Below, piece after piece: positions 45,133 to 55,991 of a stretch of 64,000 nucleotides of DNA. Made by a program: the position numbers and the translations under genes. This stretch comes from Clostridia bacterium. Lineage in GTDB: Bacteria > Bacillota > Clostridia > Oscillospirales > Acutalibacteraceae. The stretch covers positions 25,315 through 89,314 of the forward strand of contig JAFXDV010000002.1 in the NCBI GenBank assembly GCA_017521125.1, given 5' to 3'. The notes under the pieces were generated by a model, which made no database searches, was not told the DNA's origin, and saw nothing but the letters and a program-made list of their open reading frames with translations. The first letter of the stretch is position 1, and every line of letters begins with the position of its first letter.

Positions 45133-45318
45133 ATGGCTAAGACAGCTATGAAAATTAAGCAGGCAAGACCTGCAAAATTCTCTACAAGAGAATATAACAG
45201 ATGCAAAATCTGTGGCCGCCCCCACGCTTATCTTCGTAAATATGGCATCTGCCGTATCTGTTTCAGAGAGTTAGCGTACAAGGGCGAGATTCCCGGCGTA
45301 AAGAAAGCCAGCTGGTAA
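45133..45318 (+). CDS. rpsN: 30S ribosomal protein S14, type Z (zinc-binding, 61 aa)
   Basis: [23 protein letters not shown] carries four cysteines; the short 61-aa form. Confidence 0.97.
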   Translation: MAKTAMKIKQARPAKFSTREYNRCKICGRPHAYLRKYGICRICFRELAYKGEIPGVKKASW

Positions 45319-45334
45319 AAGGAGGACGACTGCA

Positions 45335-45733
45335 ATGCAAATCACCGATACAATAGCAGATATGCTTACAAGAATTCGTAACGCTTCTTCTGCAAAACAC
45401 GATTCGGTTGATGTACCTGCTTCAAATGTAAAGAAGGCAATCGCCCAGATTTTACTTGATGAAGGTTACATTAGCAGCTTTACCGTTGTTGATGACGGAA
45501 AGCAGGGCGTAATTCATATCGTTTTGAAGTACGGCCAGAACAAGTCGCAGGTTATTACAGGCCTCAGAAGAGTTTCTAAGCCTGGTCTGCGCATTTACAC
45601 AAACGTTGAGGATATGCCAAAGGTTATGAAAGGCCTTGGTATTGCGATTCTATCCACCTCAAAGGGTATTATGACCGATAAGCAAGCAAGAGCTAACAAT
45701 GTTGGCGGCGAAGTACTTGCTTATGTATGGTAA
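45335..45733 (+). CDS. rpsH: 30S ribosomal protein S8
   Basis: Motif [13 protein letters not shown]. Confidence 0.98.
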   Translation: MQITDTIADMLTRIRNASSAKHDSVDVPASNVKKAIAQILLDEGYISSFTVVDDGKQGVIHIVLKYGQNKSQVITGLRRVSKPGLRIYTNVEDMPKVMKGLGIAILSTSKGIMTDKQARANNVGGEVLAYVW

Positions 45734-45745
45734 GGAGGTGCTGAT

Positions 45746-46294
45746 ATGTCAAGAATAGGAAATAAACCTATCGCAATTCCTGCAGGAGTTGAGGTAAAGG
45801 TTGATGGCTCAAACGTAACCGTTAAAGGACCAAAGGGTGAGCTTAAGAACACCTTCAATGCTGATATGGCTATTGCCATTCAGGAAAACCAGGTTGTTGT
45901 TACCCGTCCTTCTGACGACAAACAGCACCGTTCACTTCACGGCCTCACACGTACACTTATTGCTAACATGATTTTAGGTGTATCTGAAGGTTTCAAGAAG
46001 GAATTAAAGGTTAACGGCGTTGGTTACCGTGTTGCAAAGCAAGGTAAGAATCTTAACCTTACACTCGGTTTCTCACATCCCGTTGTTTTCTCTGAGGTTC
46101 CCGGAATCACTCTTGATGTTCCGGACCCCAACACAATAATCGTATCAGGACCTGACAAACAGCAGGTTGGACAGTTCGCGGCAGAAATCCGCGAGAAACG
46201 TCCACCAGAGCCTTACAAGGGCAAGGGCATCAGATATGTTGATGAGTATGTCCGCCGTAAAGAAGGTAAAGCTGGTAAGGGCGCTAAGAAATAA
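45746..46294 (+). CDS. rplF: 50S ribosomal protein L6
   Basis: [10 protein letters not shown]-terminus; two-domain L6 sequence. Confidence 0.98.
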   Translation: MSRIGNKPIAIPAGVEVKVDGSNVTVKGPKGELKNTFNADMAIAIQENQVVVTRPSDDKQHRSLHGLTRTLIANMILGVSEGFKKELKVNGVGYRVAKQGKNLNLTLGFSHPVVFSEVPGITLDVPDPNTIIVSGPDKQQVGQFAAEIREKRPPEPYKGKGIRYVDEYVRRKEGKAGKGAKK

Positions 46295-46312
46295 TAAAAG
46301 GAGTGTATTAAA

Positions 46313-46672
46313 ATGGTTAACAAGCCTGATTCAAACAAGGCTCGTCTTCGCAAACACATGCGTGTTCGTAGCAAGATTAGCGGTACCGCTGAGTGCCCAC
46401 GCCTTAATGTATTTCGCTCCAACACAAATATCTACGCCCAGCTGATAGATGATGTTAAGGGAGTAACTCTCGCAGCAGCTTCAAGTCTTGAAAAAGACTT
46501 TGCTGATGCAAAGGGCAATTGTGAAACTGCCCACAAAGTTGGACTATTGATTGCTGAGCGTGCCGTTGCTAAAGGCATCTCCGAGGTTGTATTTGACCGC
46601 GGTGGATACATTTATCACGGTCGTGTCAAGGAGCTTGCCGAAGGTGCCCGTGAGGGCGGCCTCAAGTTCTAA
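46313..46672 (+). CDS. rplR: 50S ribosomal protein L18
   Basis: Motifs [12 protein letters not shown] and [24 protein letters not shown]. Confidence 0.98.
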   Translation: MVNKPDSNKARLRKHMRVRSKISGTAECPRLNVFRSNTNIYAQLIDDVKGVTLAAASSLEKDFADAKGNCETAHKVGLLIAERAVAKGISEVVFDRGGYIYHGRVKELAEGAREGGLKF

Positions 46673-46690
46673 TAAGGAGGAGGAATACTT

Positions 46691-47194
46691 TTGGCTACTA
46701 ATATAGATGCTACCACTTTAGATTTACAAGAGCGCGTTGTAGCGCTTAACCGTGTATCTAAGACCGTTAAGGGCGGCCGTATCATGAAGTTCTCTGCACT
46801 TGTTGTTGTAGGAGACGGAAACGGTATCGTAGGTTATGGTCTTGGCAAAGCAGGTGAAGTTCCCGATGCTATCCGTAAGGGAATTGAGGATGCTAAGAAA
46901 AATCTTATTAAGGTTTCTCTTAAGGGTAAAACCATTCCTCACGAAATCATCGGCGAATTTGGCGCAGGCCGTGTTCTTATGAAGCCTGCTGCTCCTGGTA
47001 CCGGAGTTATTGCCGGCGGTGCAGTTCGTGCCGTTGTTGAAATTGCCGGTATTAAGGACATTCGTACCAAGGCTTTGCGTTCAAACAATCCCTGCAATGT
47101 TGTTCGTGCAACAATTAAGGGTCTTTCTGAGCTTCGCAGTGCTGATGAAGTTGCAGCAATCCGCGGAAAATCAGTAAAAGAAATTATAGGTTAA
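46691..47194 (+). CDS. rpsE: 30S ribosomal protein S5
   Basis: Motif [23 protein letters not shown]; TTG start. Confidence 0.97.
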   Translation: MATNIDATTLDLQERVVALNRVSKTVKGGRIMKFSALVVVGDGNGIVGYGLGKAGEVPDAIRKGIEDAKKNLIKVSLKGKTIPHEIIGEFGAGRVLMKPAAPGTGVIAGGAVRAVVEIAGIKDIRTKALRSNNPCNVVRATIKGLSELRSADEVAAIRGKSVKEIIG

Positions 47195-47207
47195 GGAGGA
47201 AGTAGAA

Positions 47208-47402
47208 ATGGCAACAAAGAAGACTTCCGTTCTTAATATCAAGCTCGTAAAAAGCACCATCGGTTGCAAAAAGGACCAGATTGCTACTGTTGAGTCTTTA
47301 GGACTTCACAAGGTTGGCGAAACAGTTCAGCAGCCTAAAAATGATGCTACTATGGGTAAGATTAATAAGGTTATCCACCTCGTTGAGGTAACCGAGGCTT
47401 AA
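47208..47402 (+). CDS. rpmD: 50S ribosomal protein L30
   Basis: 64 aa, motif LVKSTIG..KDQ..TVESLGL; conserved position after rpsE. Confidence 0.95.
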   Translation: MATKKTSVLNIKLVKSTIGCKKDQIATVESLGLHKVGETVQQPKNDATMGKINKVIHLVEVTEA

Positions 47403-47486
47403 GTTTTAAGCTTCTATACGTCTACACCCTGAGTTCAGGGTGACAAGCGGTGAAAACCGCGTACTTTAGCAAGGAGGTGCGAAAAA

Positions 47487-47927
47487 ATGAAACTGCATGA
47501 ACTTTCCCCCGCATTTGGCTCTACAAAAGAGGCAAAGCGTATAGGCAGAGGTCACGGCTCCGGAAACGGAAAGACTGCCGGTAAGGGTCACAAGGGTCAA
47601 AAGGCACGTGCCGGTCACGGTCAGCAACCTGGTTTTGAAGGTGGTCAGATGCCACTTCAGCGTCGTGTACCAAAGCGTGGCTTCAACAATATTTTTGCAA
47701 AAGAATATGCAATTATCAATGTTTCCGCTTTAGAGGTGTTTGATGACGGCGCAGCCGTTGATACCACAGCTTTAGTAGAAAAAGGCATAGTAAAGTCAGC
47801 TGACCTTCCCGTTAAGGTTCTTGGAAACGGAAAGCTTACTAAAAAGCTCGCTGTTACCGCTGCTGCTTTCTCAGCTTCTGCTTCTGAAAAAATTCAGAAC
47901 GCAGGCGGAACTGTTGAGGTGAAATAA
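47487..47927 (+). CDS. rplO: 50S ribosomal protein L15
   Basis: Motifs [26 protein letters not shown] and GFEGGQMPL. Confidence 0.98.
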   Translation: MKLHELSPAFGSTKEAKRIGRGHGSGNGKTAGKGHKGQKARAGHGQQPGFEGGQMPLQRRVPKRGFNNIFAKEYAIINVSALEVFDDGAAVDTTALVEKGIVKSADLPVKVLGNGKLTKKLAVTAAAFSASASEKIQNAGGTVEVK

Positions 47928-47929
47928 AG

Positions 47930-49198
47930 ATGCTTGACATTATAAGAAATGCATGGAAAACTGTGGATATCCGTAAAAAGATACTTTTCACACTTTTCAT
48001 CATCGTTATTTACCGAATCGGTTCTGTAATTCCTGTTCCTTATATTGACTGGGCTTCACTCCAGTCAGGAGGAGCAACAAACGACTTCTTTAGTTATCTA
48101 TCCATCCTCACCGGTGGTGGACTTGAGTACGGTGCAATTTTCGCAATGTCTGTTACACCTTACATCAACGCTTCCATTATCATTCAGCTTCTTACCGTTG
48201 CTATTCCCGCACTTGAGAGATTGGCAAAGGAAGGACAGGAGGGACAGAAGAAGATTGCTCAGATTACCCGTTATGCAGCCGTTATATTAGGTCTTGTTCA
48301 GGGTACTGCATATTTCTTCTACCTCAAGGGTGCAGGACATTTAACCGTTAAGGGCGGCGCAACCGTATTTGCTGCATTTGTTATCATTGCTGCATTTACC
48401 GCAGGTTCAGCTCTTGTTATGTGGTTAGGTGAGCAGATAGACGTTAAGGGTATAGGTAATGGTATTTCCATTATCCTTTTTGCAGGTATTATCTCTCGCG
48501 GTCCACAGGCTGCTCAGACTCTTTGGGCTACCTGGAAGACAGGTAATTACTTCTCTGTAATCGCTATTATTGCTGTATTCCTTTTAGTAATTGCTTTCAT
48601 CGTTTGGATGACCAACGCAGAACGCAGAATACCTGTTCAGTACGCTAAGCGTGTACAGGGTCGCAAACAGTATGGCGGACAAAATTCACATATTCCTTTC
48701 AAGGTTAATATGTCAGGCGTTATGCCAATCATCTTTGCAAGCTCTATACTAATGCTTCCCACAATGGTACTTTCATTTATGAGAGATACTACAACAACCT
48801 TCGCAAAGGGATTAGCACTCTTTAGTACTCAGGGTATTTTCTATGCTCTGCTCTACTTTGCGCTTATCATTGGATTTGCATACTTCTATGCGACCATCCA
48901 ATATAATCCTGTTGAGATTGCTAACAATATCCGTAAAAATGGTGGTTCTGTTCCGGGCATTCGTCCAGGAAAGCCAACCTCAGATTTCTTTGCCAAGGTT
49001 TTATCTAGAGTTACACTCCTTGGAGCACTCTTCCTCAGTGTAATCGCTATTCTTCCTATCGTTATCGGTAACGTTGGACAGATTAACATTTCACTTGGTG
49101 GTACTTCAGTACTGATTTTAGTTGGTGTTGCTCTTGATACTGTTAGAAATCTTGAGTCACAAATGATGATGCGTCATTACAAGGGATTCCTTGATTAA
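47930..49198 (+). CDS. secY: Preprotein translocase subunit SecY
   Basis: 422 aa, 10-TM SecY sequence (motifs GSVIPVPY and GGTSVLI). Confidence 0.98.
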   Translation: MLDIIRNAWKTVDIRKKILFTLFIIVIYRIGSVIPVPYIDWASLQSGGATNDFFSYLSILTGGGLEYGAIFAMSVTPYINASIIIQLLTVAIPALERLAKEGQEGQKKIAQITRYAAVILGLVQGTAYFFYLKGAGHLTVKGGATVFAAFVIIAAFTAGSALVMWLGEQIDVKGIGNGISIILFAGIISRGPQAAQTLWATWKTGNYFSVIAIIAVFLLVIAFIVWMTNAERRIPVQYAKRVQGRKQYGGQNSHIPFKVNMSGVMPIIFASSILMLPTMVLSFMRDTTTTFAKGLALFSTQGIFYALLYFALIIGFAYFYATIQYNPVEIANNIRKNGGSVPGIRPGKPTSDFFAKVLSRVTLLGALFLSVIAILPIVIGNVGQINISLGGTSVLILVGVALDTVRNLESQMMMRHYKGFLD

Positions 49199-49215
49199 GT
49201 TATAGGAGGAGAGTA

Positions 49216-49848
49216 ATGAATCTTATACTATTAGGAGCTCCCGGTGCCGGAAAGGGCACCCAGGCAGAAATAATTTGTGATAGATTAAATATCCCCGCAA
49301 TCTCTACCGGTAACATCATTCGTGCAGCAATGAAAAACGGTACAGAGATGGGCAAAAAGGCTAAGGAATATGTGGACGCAGGAAATCTTGTTCCTGATGA
49401 TGTTGTAATCGGTATCATCAAAGAGCGTCTTTTAGAGGATGACTGTAAGAACGGTTTCATTCTTGATGGTTTCCCAAGAACTATTCCTCAGGCTGAGGCC
49501 CTTGATAGCATGGGAATAAATATTGACCGTGTTATATCAATAGAGGTTCCTGATAACAAGATAGTTGCCCGTATGTCAGGCAGAAGAGTCTGTGCAAAAT
49601 GTGGCGCCAGTTATCATACCGAATATAAAAAATCGAAGACTGAAGGTGTTTGCGACTTTTGCGATGGAGAGCTTATTCGCCGCAAAGATGATGAGCCCGA
49701 CACAGTGCTTGACCGCTTAAATGTTTATCACGAGCAGACCGAGCCACTAAAGGACTACTACGCAAAAACCGGAAAACTTCGTACAGTTGAAGGACAGGAA
49801 GAGGTAGCTGATACAACAAAGTTAACTCTCGCTGCTTTGGGACTGTAA
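49216..49848 (+). CDS. adk: Adenylate kinase (zinc-lid form)
   Basis: GAPGAGKGTQ P-loop and a CAKCGASYH...CDFCDGEL lid. Confidence 0.98.
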   Translation: MNLILLGAPGAGKGTQAEIICDRLNIPAISTGNIIRAAMKNGTEMGKKAKEYVDAGNLVPDDVVIGIIKERLLEDDCKNGFILDGFPRTIPQAEALDSMGINIDRVISIEVPDNKIVARMSGRRVCAKCGASYHTEYKKSKTEGVCDFCDGELIRRKDDEPDTVLDRLNVYHEQTEPLKDYYAKTGKLRTVEGQEEVADTTKLTLAALGL

Positions 49849-49851
49849 ATT

Positions 49852-50601
49852 ATGATAGTGCTAAAAACCGGTCGTGAGCTTTCTGTAATGCGAGAGGCTT
49901 GCAAAATATCGGCGAGAGCATTAAAATTGATAGGTGAGGCAATCGAGCCGGGGGTTACTACCGCCGAGCTTGACAGGATAGCAGAAAAGTTCATAAGAAG
50001 CTGTGGGGCAACCCCAAACTTCAAGGGCTATAACGGCTATCCTGCAACTGCCTGTATATCTATAAACAATGAGGTTATTCATGGAATACCGACTGCAAAG
50101 CGTAAGATCCAAAACGGCGATATCGTTAGTGTGGATTTAGGCGCCTTGTTTGAGGGGTATCACGGAGATAACGCCGCCACTTTTGCTTGCGGAGACGTAT
50201 CCGAGGAAGCAAAGCGGCTGATGGATGCGACCAGAGAAAGCCTTTATGAAGGAATAAAGATGGCTCGTGCGGGCGGCAGAATCGGAGATATTTCAAACGC
50301 AATTCAGTCGTATGTAGAAGCCCGTGGTTACTCGGTGGTACGAGATTTCGTCGGCCACGGAGTAGGCACAAGCTTACATGAAGCCCCCGAGGTTCCCAAT
50401 TTCGGCGTTGCCGGAAGAGGAGTTCGCCTTATGCCAGGTATGACACTTGCTATTGAGCCTATGATTAACATAGGCAAGCCGCAAGTAAAGATTATGCCTG
50501 ACGGTTGGACAGTTCTTACACAGGACGGTTCATTATCGGCTCATTTTGAGCATACAATAGCTATCACTGCCGATGGTCCGCAGATTATGACTATCGCATA
50601 A
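49852..50601 (+). CDS. map: Type I methionine aminopeptidase
   Basis: The motifs VDLGA..GYHGD, FVGHGVG and EPM match the metal ligands. Confidence 0.97.
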   Translation: MIVLKTGRELSVMREACKISARALKLIGEAIEPGVTTAELDRIAEKFIRSCGATPNFKGYNGYPATACISINNEVIHGIPTAKRKIQNGDIVSVDLGALFEGYHGDNAATFACGDVSEEAKRLMDATRESLYEGIKMARAGGRIGDISNAIQSYVEARGYSVVRDFVGHGVGTSLHEAPEVPNFGVAGRGVRLMPGMTLAIEPMINIGKPQVKIMPDGWTVLTQDGSLSAHFEHTIAITADGPQIMTIA

Positions 50602-50612
50602 CAGGTGGAGTT

Positions 50613-50852
50613 ATGGTAGTAGGACAAATTGTCTGCTCAAGAGCAGGAAAAGAAAAAAATTGCTTTTCAGTTGTAATAAAAACAACTGATAAAAGGGTGT
50701 TTATAGCCAATGGTAAAAGCATAAGGCTTAAAAAACTAAAGGCCAAAAACCCGAAGCATTTAAACCCGACAAAAACAGTGTTAGAACAAAAACAACTATT
50801 AACAAACAAAAGGCTTCGTAAAGCTTTAGCTACCTTTACAGGCCAAAAGTAA
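50613..50852 (+). CDS. KOW domain-containing small basic protein
   Basis: 79 aa with an N-terminal KOW-like GQIVCSRAGKEKN and a basic tail. It lies between map and infA. Confidence 0.7.
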   Translation: MVVGQIVCSRAGKEKNCFSVVIKTTDKRVFIANGKSIRLKKLKAKNPKHLNPTKTVLEQKQLLTNKRLRKALATFTGQK

Positions 50853-50867
50853 TAAGGAGAATTTGTA

Positions 50868-51086
50868 ATGTCAAAAGCAGATATGATTGAACTCGAGGGT
50901 ACCGTAATTGAAGCATTGCCTAACGCAATGTTTAAGGTGCAAATTGAAGGGCAACACGTAATACTCGCTCATATCTCAGGTAAGCTTCGTATGAACTATA
51001 TCAGAATTTTACCTGGTGATAAGGTAGTAGTAGAAATGTCACCCTATGACCTCACAAAAGGTCGAATTACTTGGCGTTCCAAGTAA
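50868..51086 (+). CDS. infA: Translation initiation factor IF-1
   Basis: Motifs [39 protein letters not shown] and GRI. Confidence 0.98.
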   Translation: MSKADMIELEGTVIEALPNAMFKVQIEGQHVILAHISGKLRMNYIRILPGDKVVVEMSPYDLTKGRITWRSK

Positions 51087-51116
51087 AAACTGACAAAATT
51101 TAAGGAGGCATATCCA

Positions 51117-51230
51117 ATGAAAGTCAGACCTTCTGTTAAAAAGATTTGCGACAAGTGCAAAATCATCAAGCGCAAGGGAAAAATAATGGTAATTTGTGAA
51201 AATCCCAAGCACAAACAGCGTCAGGGTTAA
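51117..51230 (+). CDS. rpmJ: 50S ribosomal protein L36 (37 aa); not in the supplied ORF track
   Basis: The ATG at 51117 lies 8 nt after AAGGAGG. Translation: [37 protein letters not shown], with TAA at 51228-51230. Confidence 0.97.
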   Translation: MKVRPSVKKICDKCKIIKRKGKIMVICENPKHKQRQG

Positions 51231-51264
51231 CCTTGAGCTGAATTAAATGGAGGTGCAATAGTAA

Positions 51265-51633
51265 ATGGCACGTATAGCCGGTGTTGACCTACCGAATGAG
51301 AAAAGGGTAGAAATTGGTCTTACCTACATCTTCGGAATTGGTCTTACTACATCAAAGAAAATTCTTGCAGAAACAGGTATCAATCCTGATGTTCGAGTAA
51401 AGGATTTAACTGAGGACGATATAGCCAAGTTGCGTGAATATATCGAGCATAACCTTCAGGTTGAAGGTGACCGCCGTCGTGCGATTGCTTTCGACATTAA
51501 GAGACTTATAGAAATCGGAAGTTTCCGCGGCACTCGTCATAGAAAGGGACTCCCAGTTAGAGGACAACGCAGCAAGACAAATGCTCGTACTCGCAAGGGC
51601 CCCAAGAAGACAATTGCTAATAAGAAGAAATAA
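51265..51633 (+). CDS. rpsM: 30S ribosomal protein S13
   Basis: [11 protein letters not shown]-terminus and [18 protein letters not shown]. Confidence 0.98.
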   Translation: MARIAGVDLPNEKRVEIGLTYIFGIGLTTSKKILAETGINPDVRVKDLTEDDIAKLREYIEHNLQVEGDRRRAIAFDIKRLIEIGSFRGTRHRKGLPVRGQRSKTNARTRKGPKKTIANKKK

Positions 51634-51652
51634 GTTGGGAGGAAGGATATAA

Positions 51653-52051
51653 ATGGCTACAAAGTCTACAAAAGCGTCTCCTCGCAGACGCCGTGAGAAA
51701 AAGAATATTGAGCGCGGTGCAGCTCATATCCAATCAACCTTCAACAATACTATAATCACTATTACCGATACTCAGGGTAATGCTCTTTCTTGGGCATCTG
51801 CCGGTGAGCTCGGTTTTAGAGGTTCAAGAAAATCTACTCCTTTCGCAGCACAGTCTGCAGCAGAAACCGCTGCTAAGGCTGCTATGGAGCATGGTCTAAA
51901 GACCGTAGAGGTATATGTTAAGGGACCTGGTGCAGGTCGTGAAGCTGCAATTCGTGCACTACAATCAGCAGGTCTTGAGGTTAGCATGATTAAGGATGTT
52001 ACCCCAATTCCTCACAATGGTTGCCGTCCTCCAAAGAGAAGACGTGTGTAA
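51653..52051 (+). CDS. rpsK: 30S ribosomal protein S11
   Basis: Motifs [19 protein letters not shown] and [18 protein letters not shown]. Confidence 0.98.
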   Translation: MATKSTKASPRRRREKKNIERGAAHIQSTFNNTIITITDTQGNALSWASAGELGFRGSRKSTPFAAQSAAETAAKAAMEHGLKTVEVYVKGPGAGREAAIRALQSAGLEVSMIKDVTPIPHNGCRPPKRRRV

Positions 52052-52076
52052 CCGAAAAATTTGGAGGTGTATTTAG

Positions 52077-52703
52077 ATGGCAAGATATACTGGAGCAGTA
52101 TGTAGACAGTGCCGCCGTGAAGGACAGAAGTTGTTCTTAAAGGGTGAGCGTTGTTATTCAGAAAAATGTTCTATAGCTGTTAGAGCTTACGCTCCTGGTC
52201 AGCATGGTCAGGGTCGTAAAAAGTCCTCAGAATACGGACTTCAGCTCAGAGCTAAGCAGAGAGCCAGAAGATTTTACGGTGTTGCAGAGCATCAGTTCCG
52301 TCACTATTATGAAATGGCTGTTAATAAGCAGGGCGTTACAGGTACCAACCTTTTAAGAATTCTTGAAAGCCGTCTTGATAACGTTGTTTACAGAGCAGGC
52401 TATGCTTCTTCCAGAGCAGAAGCAAGACAGCTTGTTGGTCACGGTCATTTCGAAGTAAACGGAAGCCGTGTTGACATTGCTTCTTACCTTTTAAAGGCTG
52501 GCGATGTTGTTTCTGTTTGTGAAAAGGCTCGTACAAGCGAAAAGATGAAGGCTATTATCGAAGCTAACGGTGCTAAGCCTGTTCCTGAGTGGATGAGCGT
52601 TAATCGTGATGCATTCGAAGTTAAAGTTGATAATCTTCCAACACGTGAGCAGATTGAAGCTCCTGTTGAAGAGCAGCTTATCGTTGAGTTCTACTCTAAA
52701 TAA
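52077..52703 (+). CDS. rpsD: 30S ribosomal protein S4 (Cys4 N-terminal form)
   Basis: [16 protein letters not shown]...CYSEKC N-terminus and an S4 RNA-binding domain. Confidence 0.98.
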   Translation: MARYTGAVCRQCRREGQKLFLKGERCYSEKCSIAVRAYAPGQHGQGRKKSSEYGLQLRAKQRARRFYGVAEHQFRHYYEMAVNKQGVTGTNLLRILESRLDNVVYRAGYASSRAEARQLVGHGHFEVNGSRVDIASYLLKAGDVVSVCEKARTSEKMKAIIEANGAKPVPEWMSVNRDAFEVKVDNLPTREQIEAPVEEQLIVEFYSK

Positions 52704-52788
52704 TAGCAGTTTTCAAAAGAACCCTAATATGAGTCCGTGTCACCTATTAGGGCTAATAAAAATTAAACACGGAGAATGGAGCTTTTAA

Positions 52789-53739
52789 ATGATAGAAATT
52801 GAAAAGCCCAGAATTGAAACACTGGAGTTATCAGAAGACGGCAAGTACGGTAAATTTATGATGGAGCCTCTTGAGAGAGGCTATGCTACCACTTTGGGTA
52901 ACAGTATGAGAAGAGTTCTTCTTTCTACTCTCCCAGGTGCTGCAGTTACCACCGTTAAAATCGACGGTGTTGTTCATGAGTTTTCCACTATTGCCGGAGT
53001 AAAAGAGGATGTTACTGAAATCATCCTTAATATTAAAGAATTGATAGCTAAGCTTCATTGCGAGGGCGAAAAGACAGTTTATATTGATGCTGTTGGTCCT
53101 TGTGAAGTAACAGGAGCTTCAATTAAAGCTGATTCAGAGGTTGAAATTTTAAATCCTGAGCAGCATATTGCTACACTTGATGATGGCGCAAAGCTTAACA
53201 TCGAGATGACAGTAGCAAAGGGCAGAGGATATGTTCCCGCAGTGGATAATAAGCCCGCCGCTAACGTTATCGGAGTTATTCCGATAGATTCCATTTATAC
53301 CCCTGTGGTAAAATGCAACTTTACTGTTGATGATACCAGAGTAGGTCATGTAATTGACAAGGGTCGTCTAAATCTTGAGGTATGGACCGATGGCTCTATG
53401 AGAGCTAATGAGGCTGTTTCTCTTGCTGCTAAGGTTCTTATGGAACACTTTAGCCTCTTCCTTGACCTTGCAGAAGGTACAAGCGAGGGCGCAAGCATTT
53501 TAGCCGACAAGGATGTTGATGAGAGAGAAAAGGTTCTTGATATGACTATCGAAGACCTTGACCTTTCTGTTCGTAGCTTTAACTGCTTAAAGCGTGCAGG
53601 AATCAATACAGTTGAGGATTTAACCAACAAGTCCGAAGAGGATATGATGAAGGTTAGAAACCTTGGCCGTAAGTCTCTTGAAGAGGTTATTGCTAAGCTT
53701 CAGAGCTTTGGCTTTACTCTAAAGAGTGACAACGATTAG
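52789..53739 (+). CDS. rpoA: DNA-directed RNA polymerase subunit alpha
   Basis: Motifs [16 protein letters not shown] and a C-terminal domain with [16 protein letters not shown]. Confidence 0.98.
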   Translation: MIEIEKPRIETLELSEDGKYGKFMMEPLERGYATTLGNSMRRVLLSTLPGAAVTTVKIDGVVHEFSTIAGVKEDVTEIILNIKELIAKLHCEGEKTVYIDAVGPCEVTGASIKADSEVEILNPEQHIATLDDGAKLNIEMTVAKGRGYVPAVDNKPAANVIGVIPIDSIYTPVVKCNFTVDDTRVGHVIDKGRLNLEVWTDGSMRANEAVSLAAKVLMEHFSLFLDLAEGTSEGASILADKDVDEREKVLDMTIEDLDLSVRSFNCLKRAGINTVEDLTNKSEEDMMKVRNLGRKSLEEVIAKLQSFGFTLKSDND

Positions 53740-53776
53740 TTTTTTATGTAAATTTCACCAATAAGGAGTGATATAA

Positions 53777-54118
53777 ATGCCCGGAACTCGTAAACTCGGA
53801 AGAACAAGCGAACACAGAACCGCTATGCTTCGTGCAATGGTTACATTCCTTTTAGAGAACGGTAAAATCGAAACAACCGTTACTCGTGCTAAGGAAGTTC
53901 GTGCTATGACCGAGAAATATATTACACTTGCTAAGAACGACAGTCTTACAAGCAAGCGTCAGGCTATGGCGTTTATTACTAAGGAGTCAGTTGTAAAGAA
54001 ACTTTACACCGAGATTGCTCCTAAATATGCAGAGGTTACAGGTGGTTACTGCCGTATTACAAAGACAGGCCCACGTCGTGGTGACGCTGCAGAAATGGCA
54101 ATCATCGAATTAGTATAA
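53777..54118 (+). CDS. rplQ: 50S ribosomal protein L17
   Basis: Motifs KLGRTSEHR and GGYCRI.K...RRGD. Confidence 0.98.
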   Translation: MPGTRKLGRTSEHRTAMLRAMVTFLLENGKIETTVTRAKEVRAMTEKYITLAKNDSLTSKRQAMAFITKESVVKKLYTEIAPKYAEVTGGYCRITKTGPRRGDAAEMAIIELV

Positions 54119-54130
54119 TCCGTAGGTAGT

Positions 54131-54188
54131 TTAATCCTCACATCGCAAGGCAGTTTTCTGTCTTATGATGCGGGGATTAAATTTTTTT
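54131..54188 (+). terminator. Terminator of the alpha operon
   Basis: TTAATCCTCACATC (54131-54144) pairs imperfectly with GATGCGGGGATTAA (54167-54180), followed by ATTTTTTT. Confidence 0.7.
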
Positions 54189-54205
54189 GAAAGGCGGGGG
54201 ACCTT

Positions 54206-54721
54206 ATGAAAGAAAACAAGATTTTTAAAGCTGTTTTAGCGGCAGTATTTTGCGCCCTTGTGTTTACCATGACCTTCATATCCATTCCCACCCCAAGTGT
54301 TGGAAATATTAACTTGGGGGACTGCATGGTGATACTTACCGCTTGTTTAATCGGTGGTTGGTACGGTGTTTTTGCAGCAGCTTTTGGTTCTGCTCTTTGC
54401 GACCTTGCAAACGGTTATGCGATTTATGCCCCGGGAACCCTCGTAATAAAGGCGTTAATGGTAATTGTTATACTTCTTGTAAGAAGATTTGTTTTTAAAA
54501 ACAACAAGCCTTTTGCCCTTGCAGTATCAGGTATTTGCGCAGAAGTAATGATGATAACAGGTTACTTTATCTACGAAGCAGTAGTTTTAGGATACGGAAT
54601 GGGAGCGCTAATGAACATACCGTTTAATGCTATACAGGGAGTCATTAACCTTATAGTTGCAATTGTACTGTTTGCGACACTTAAAAAAGCAGGAATACTT
54701 AAATTGTTTTCGAACAACTAA
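54206..54721 (+). CDS. ECF transporter S component (substrate unknown)
   Basis: 171 aa, about 5-6 TM helices, with a PF12822-like pattern (IPTPSVGNINLGD...CDLANG). No adjacent ATPase or T components. Confidence 0.7.
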   Translation: MKENKIFKAVLAAVFCALVFTMTFISIPTPSVGNINLGDCMVILTACLIGGWYGVFAAAFGSALCDLANGYAIYAPGTLVIKALMVIVILLVRRFVFKNNKPFALAVSGICAEVMMITGYFIYEAVVLGYGMGALMNIPFNAIQGVINLIVAIVLFATLKKAGILKLFSNN

Positions 54722-54725
54722 AATT

Positions 54726-54756
54726 AAAAGCCTTGAGGGTTTCCCTCAAGGCTTTT
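54726..54756. terminator. Bidirectional terminator between the ECF S-component gene and trpB
   Basis: AAAAGCCTTGAGGG pairs with CCCTCAAGGCTTTT, a 14-bp stem. Confidence 0.85.
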
Positions 54757-54758
54757 AA

Positions 54759-55979
54759 TTATCTTATTCCGTAATTTTCTATGATGTAGTCCATATCTTT
54801 ATCGCCTCGACCTGAGAGGTTGATAAGGATAGAACCTTTATCCATGGTTTTGGCAAGTTTCATACCAAAGGCAACGGCGTGGGAGCTTTCAATAGCAGGA
54901 ATGATACCTTCCATACGAGAGAGTTTGAAGAAAGCGTCTATAGTTTCTTGGTCGTTGATAACATCATACTTTACTCTGCCGAGTTCCTGTAGGAATGCGT
55001 GTTCAGGTCCTGAGGAAGGATAATCAAGACCGCTTGCAACCGAGTAAACAGGAGCAGGTTCTCCGTTTTCATCCTTTAGCATTATACTGTTAAAGCCGTG
55101 CATAATACCTTCTGTTCCGAATTTAAGACTTGCGGCGTGGTCACCAAGTTTTTCTCCTCGACCTAAGGGCTCAACACCATAAATATCAACAGGGTCGTTT
55201 AAGAAGCCTGCAAAAAGTCCTGCAGCGTTGGAACCACCGCCAACACAAGCAACTATAGCACTAGGGAGATGTCCGGTCATATCAATAAACTGCTCTCTTG
55301 CCTCAATTCCTACAACGCTTTGGAAATCTCTTACCATCATTGGAAATGGGTGAGGTCCTAAAACCGAGCCGATGCAGTAAATAGCGTTTTCGTATTCCTT
55401 GCTGTAAGCATCGAATGCGGCGTCAACCGCTTCCTTTAAGGTTTGAAGTCCGTGTGTAACCTCAATAACGTTAGCGCCTAAAATTTTCATTCTTGCAACG
55501 TTAGGAGCCTGCTTCTTAATATCAACAGAGCCCATATAAATATCGCACTCGAGTCCGAAATAAGCGGCGGCGGTAGCAAGAGCAACACCGTGCTGACCGG
55601 CACCGGTCTCGGCGATAACCTTTTTCTTGCCCATATATTTAGCAAGTAAAGCCTCGCCCATACAGTGATTAAGTTTATGAGCGCCTGAATGGTTTAAATC
55701 TTCACGCTTCGCATAAAGCTGAACCTTGCCACCAAGAGCATCAGACAAACGCTCTAAATGGGTAACAGGGGTAGGTCTGCCCTGAAATTCTTTTCTTATT
55801 CTTCTAAGCTCGGCAATGAATTTTCTTGACTGACAGATAGAATAATAAGCCTCGGTAATTTCTTCCATTGCCTTTTTTAGCTTATCCTCAACGAAAACTC
55901 CACCGTATTTGCCAAAATAACCATCCTTATTTGGATAGTCGTTAAAATAGGTATCGAAATCAACGCCATTTAACTTCAT
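54759..55979 (-). CDS. trpB: Tryptophan synthase beta chain (stand-alone)
   Basis: Motifs [27 protein letters not shown] (PLP lysine) and [11 protein letters not shown] chose the ATG at 55979, 7 nt after GGAGG; the listed longer ORF runs through the T-box terminator. Confidence 0.93.
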   Translation of the reverse strand: MKLNGVDFDTYFNDYPNKDGYFGKYGGVFVEDKLKKAMEEITEAYYSICQSRKFIAELRRIRKEFQGRPTPVTHLERLSDALGGKVQLYAKREDLNHSGAHKLNHCMGEALLAKYMGKKKVIAETGAGQHGVALATAAAYFGLECDIYMGSVDIKKQAPNVARMKILGANVIEVTHGLQTLKEAVDAAFDAYSKEYENAIYCIGSVLGPHPFPMMVRDFQSVVGIEAREQFIDMTGHLPSAIVACVGGGSNAAGLFAGFLNDPVDIYGVEPLGRGEKLGDHAASLKFGTEGIMHGFNSIMLKDENGEPAPVYSVASGLDYPSSGPEHAFLQELGRVKYDVINDQETIDAFFKLSRMEGIIPAIESSHAVAFGMKLAKTMDKGSILINLSGRGDKDMDYIIENYGIR

Positions 55980-55991
55980 AATTGTTCCTCC

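Noticed and set aside
39029-54118. Numerous 60-110 aa ORFs overlapping or antisense to ribosomal protein genes, for example 40288..40551, 40861..41178, 43391..43719, 43874..44143 and 53346..53630.
   Set aside because: All lie inside highly conserved, clearly identified r-protein, secY or rpoA genes, and none has its own SD. These are expected shadow ORFs of biased codon usage.
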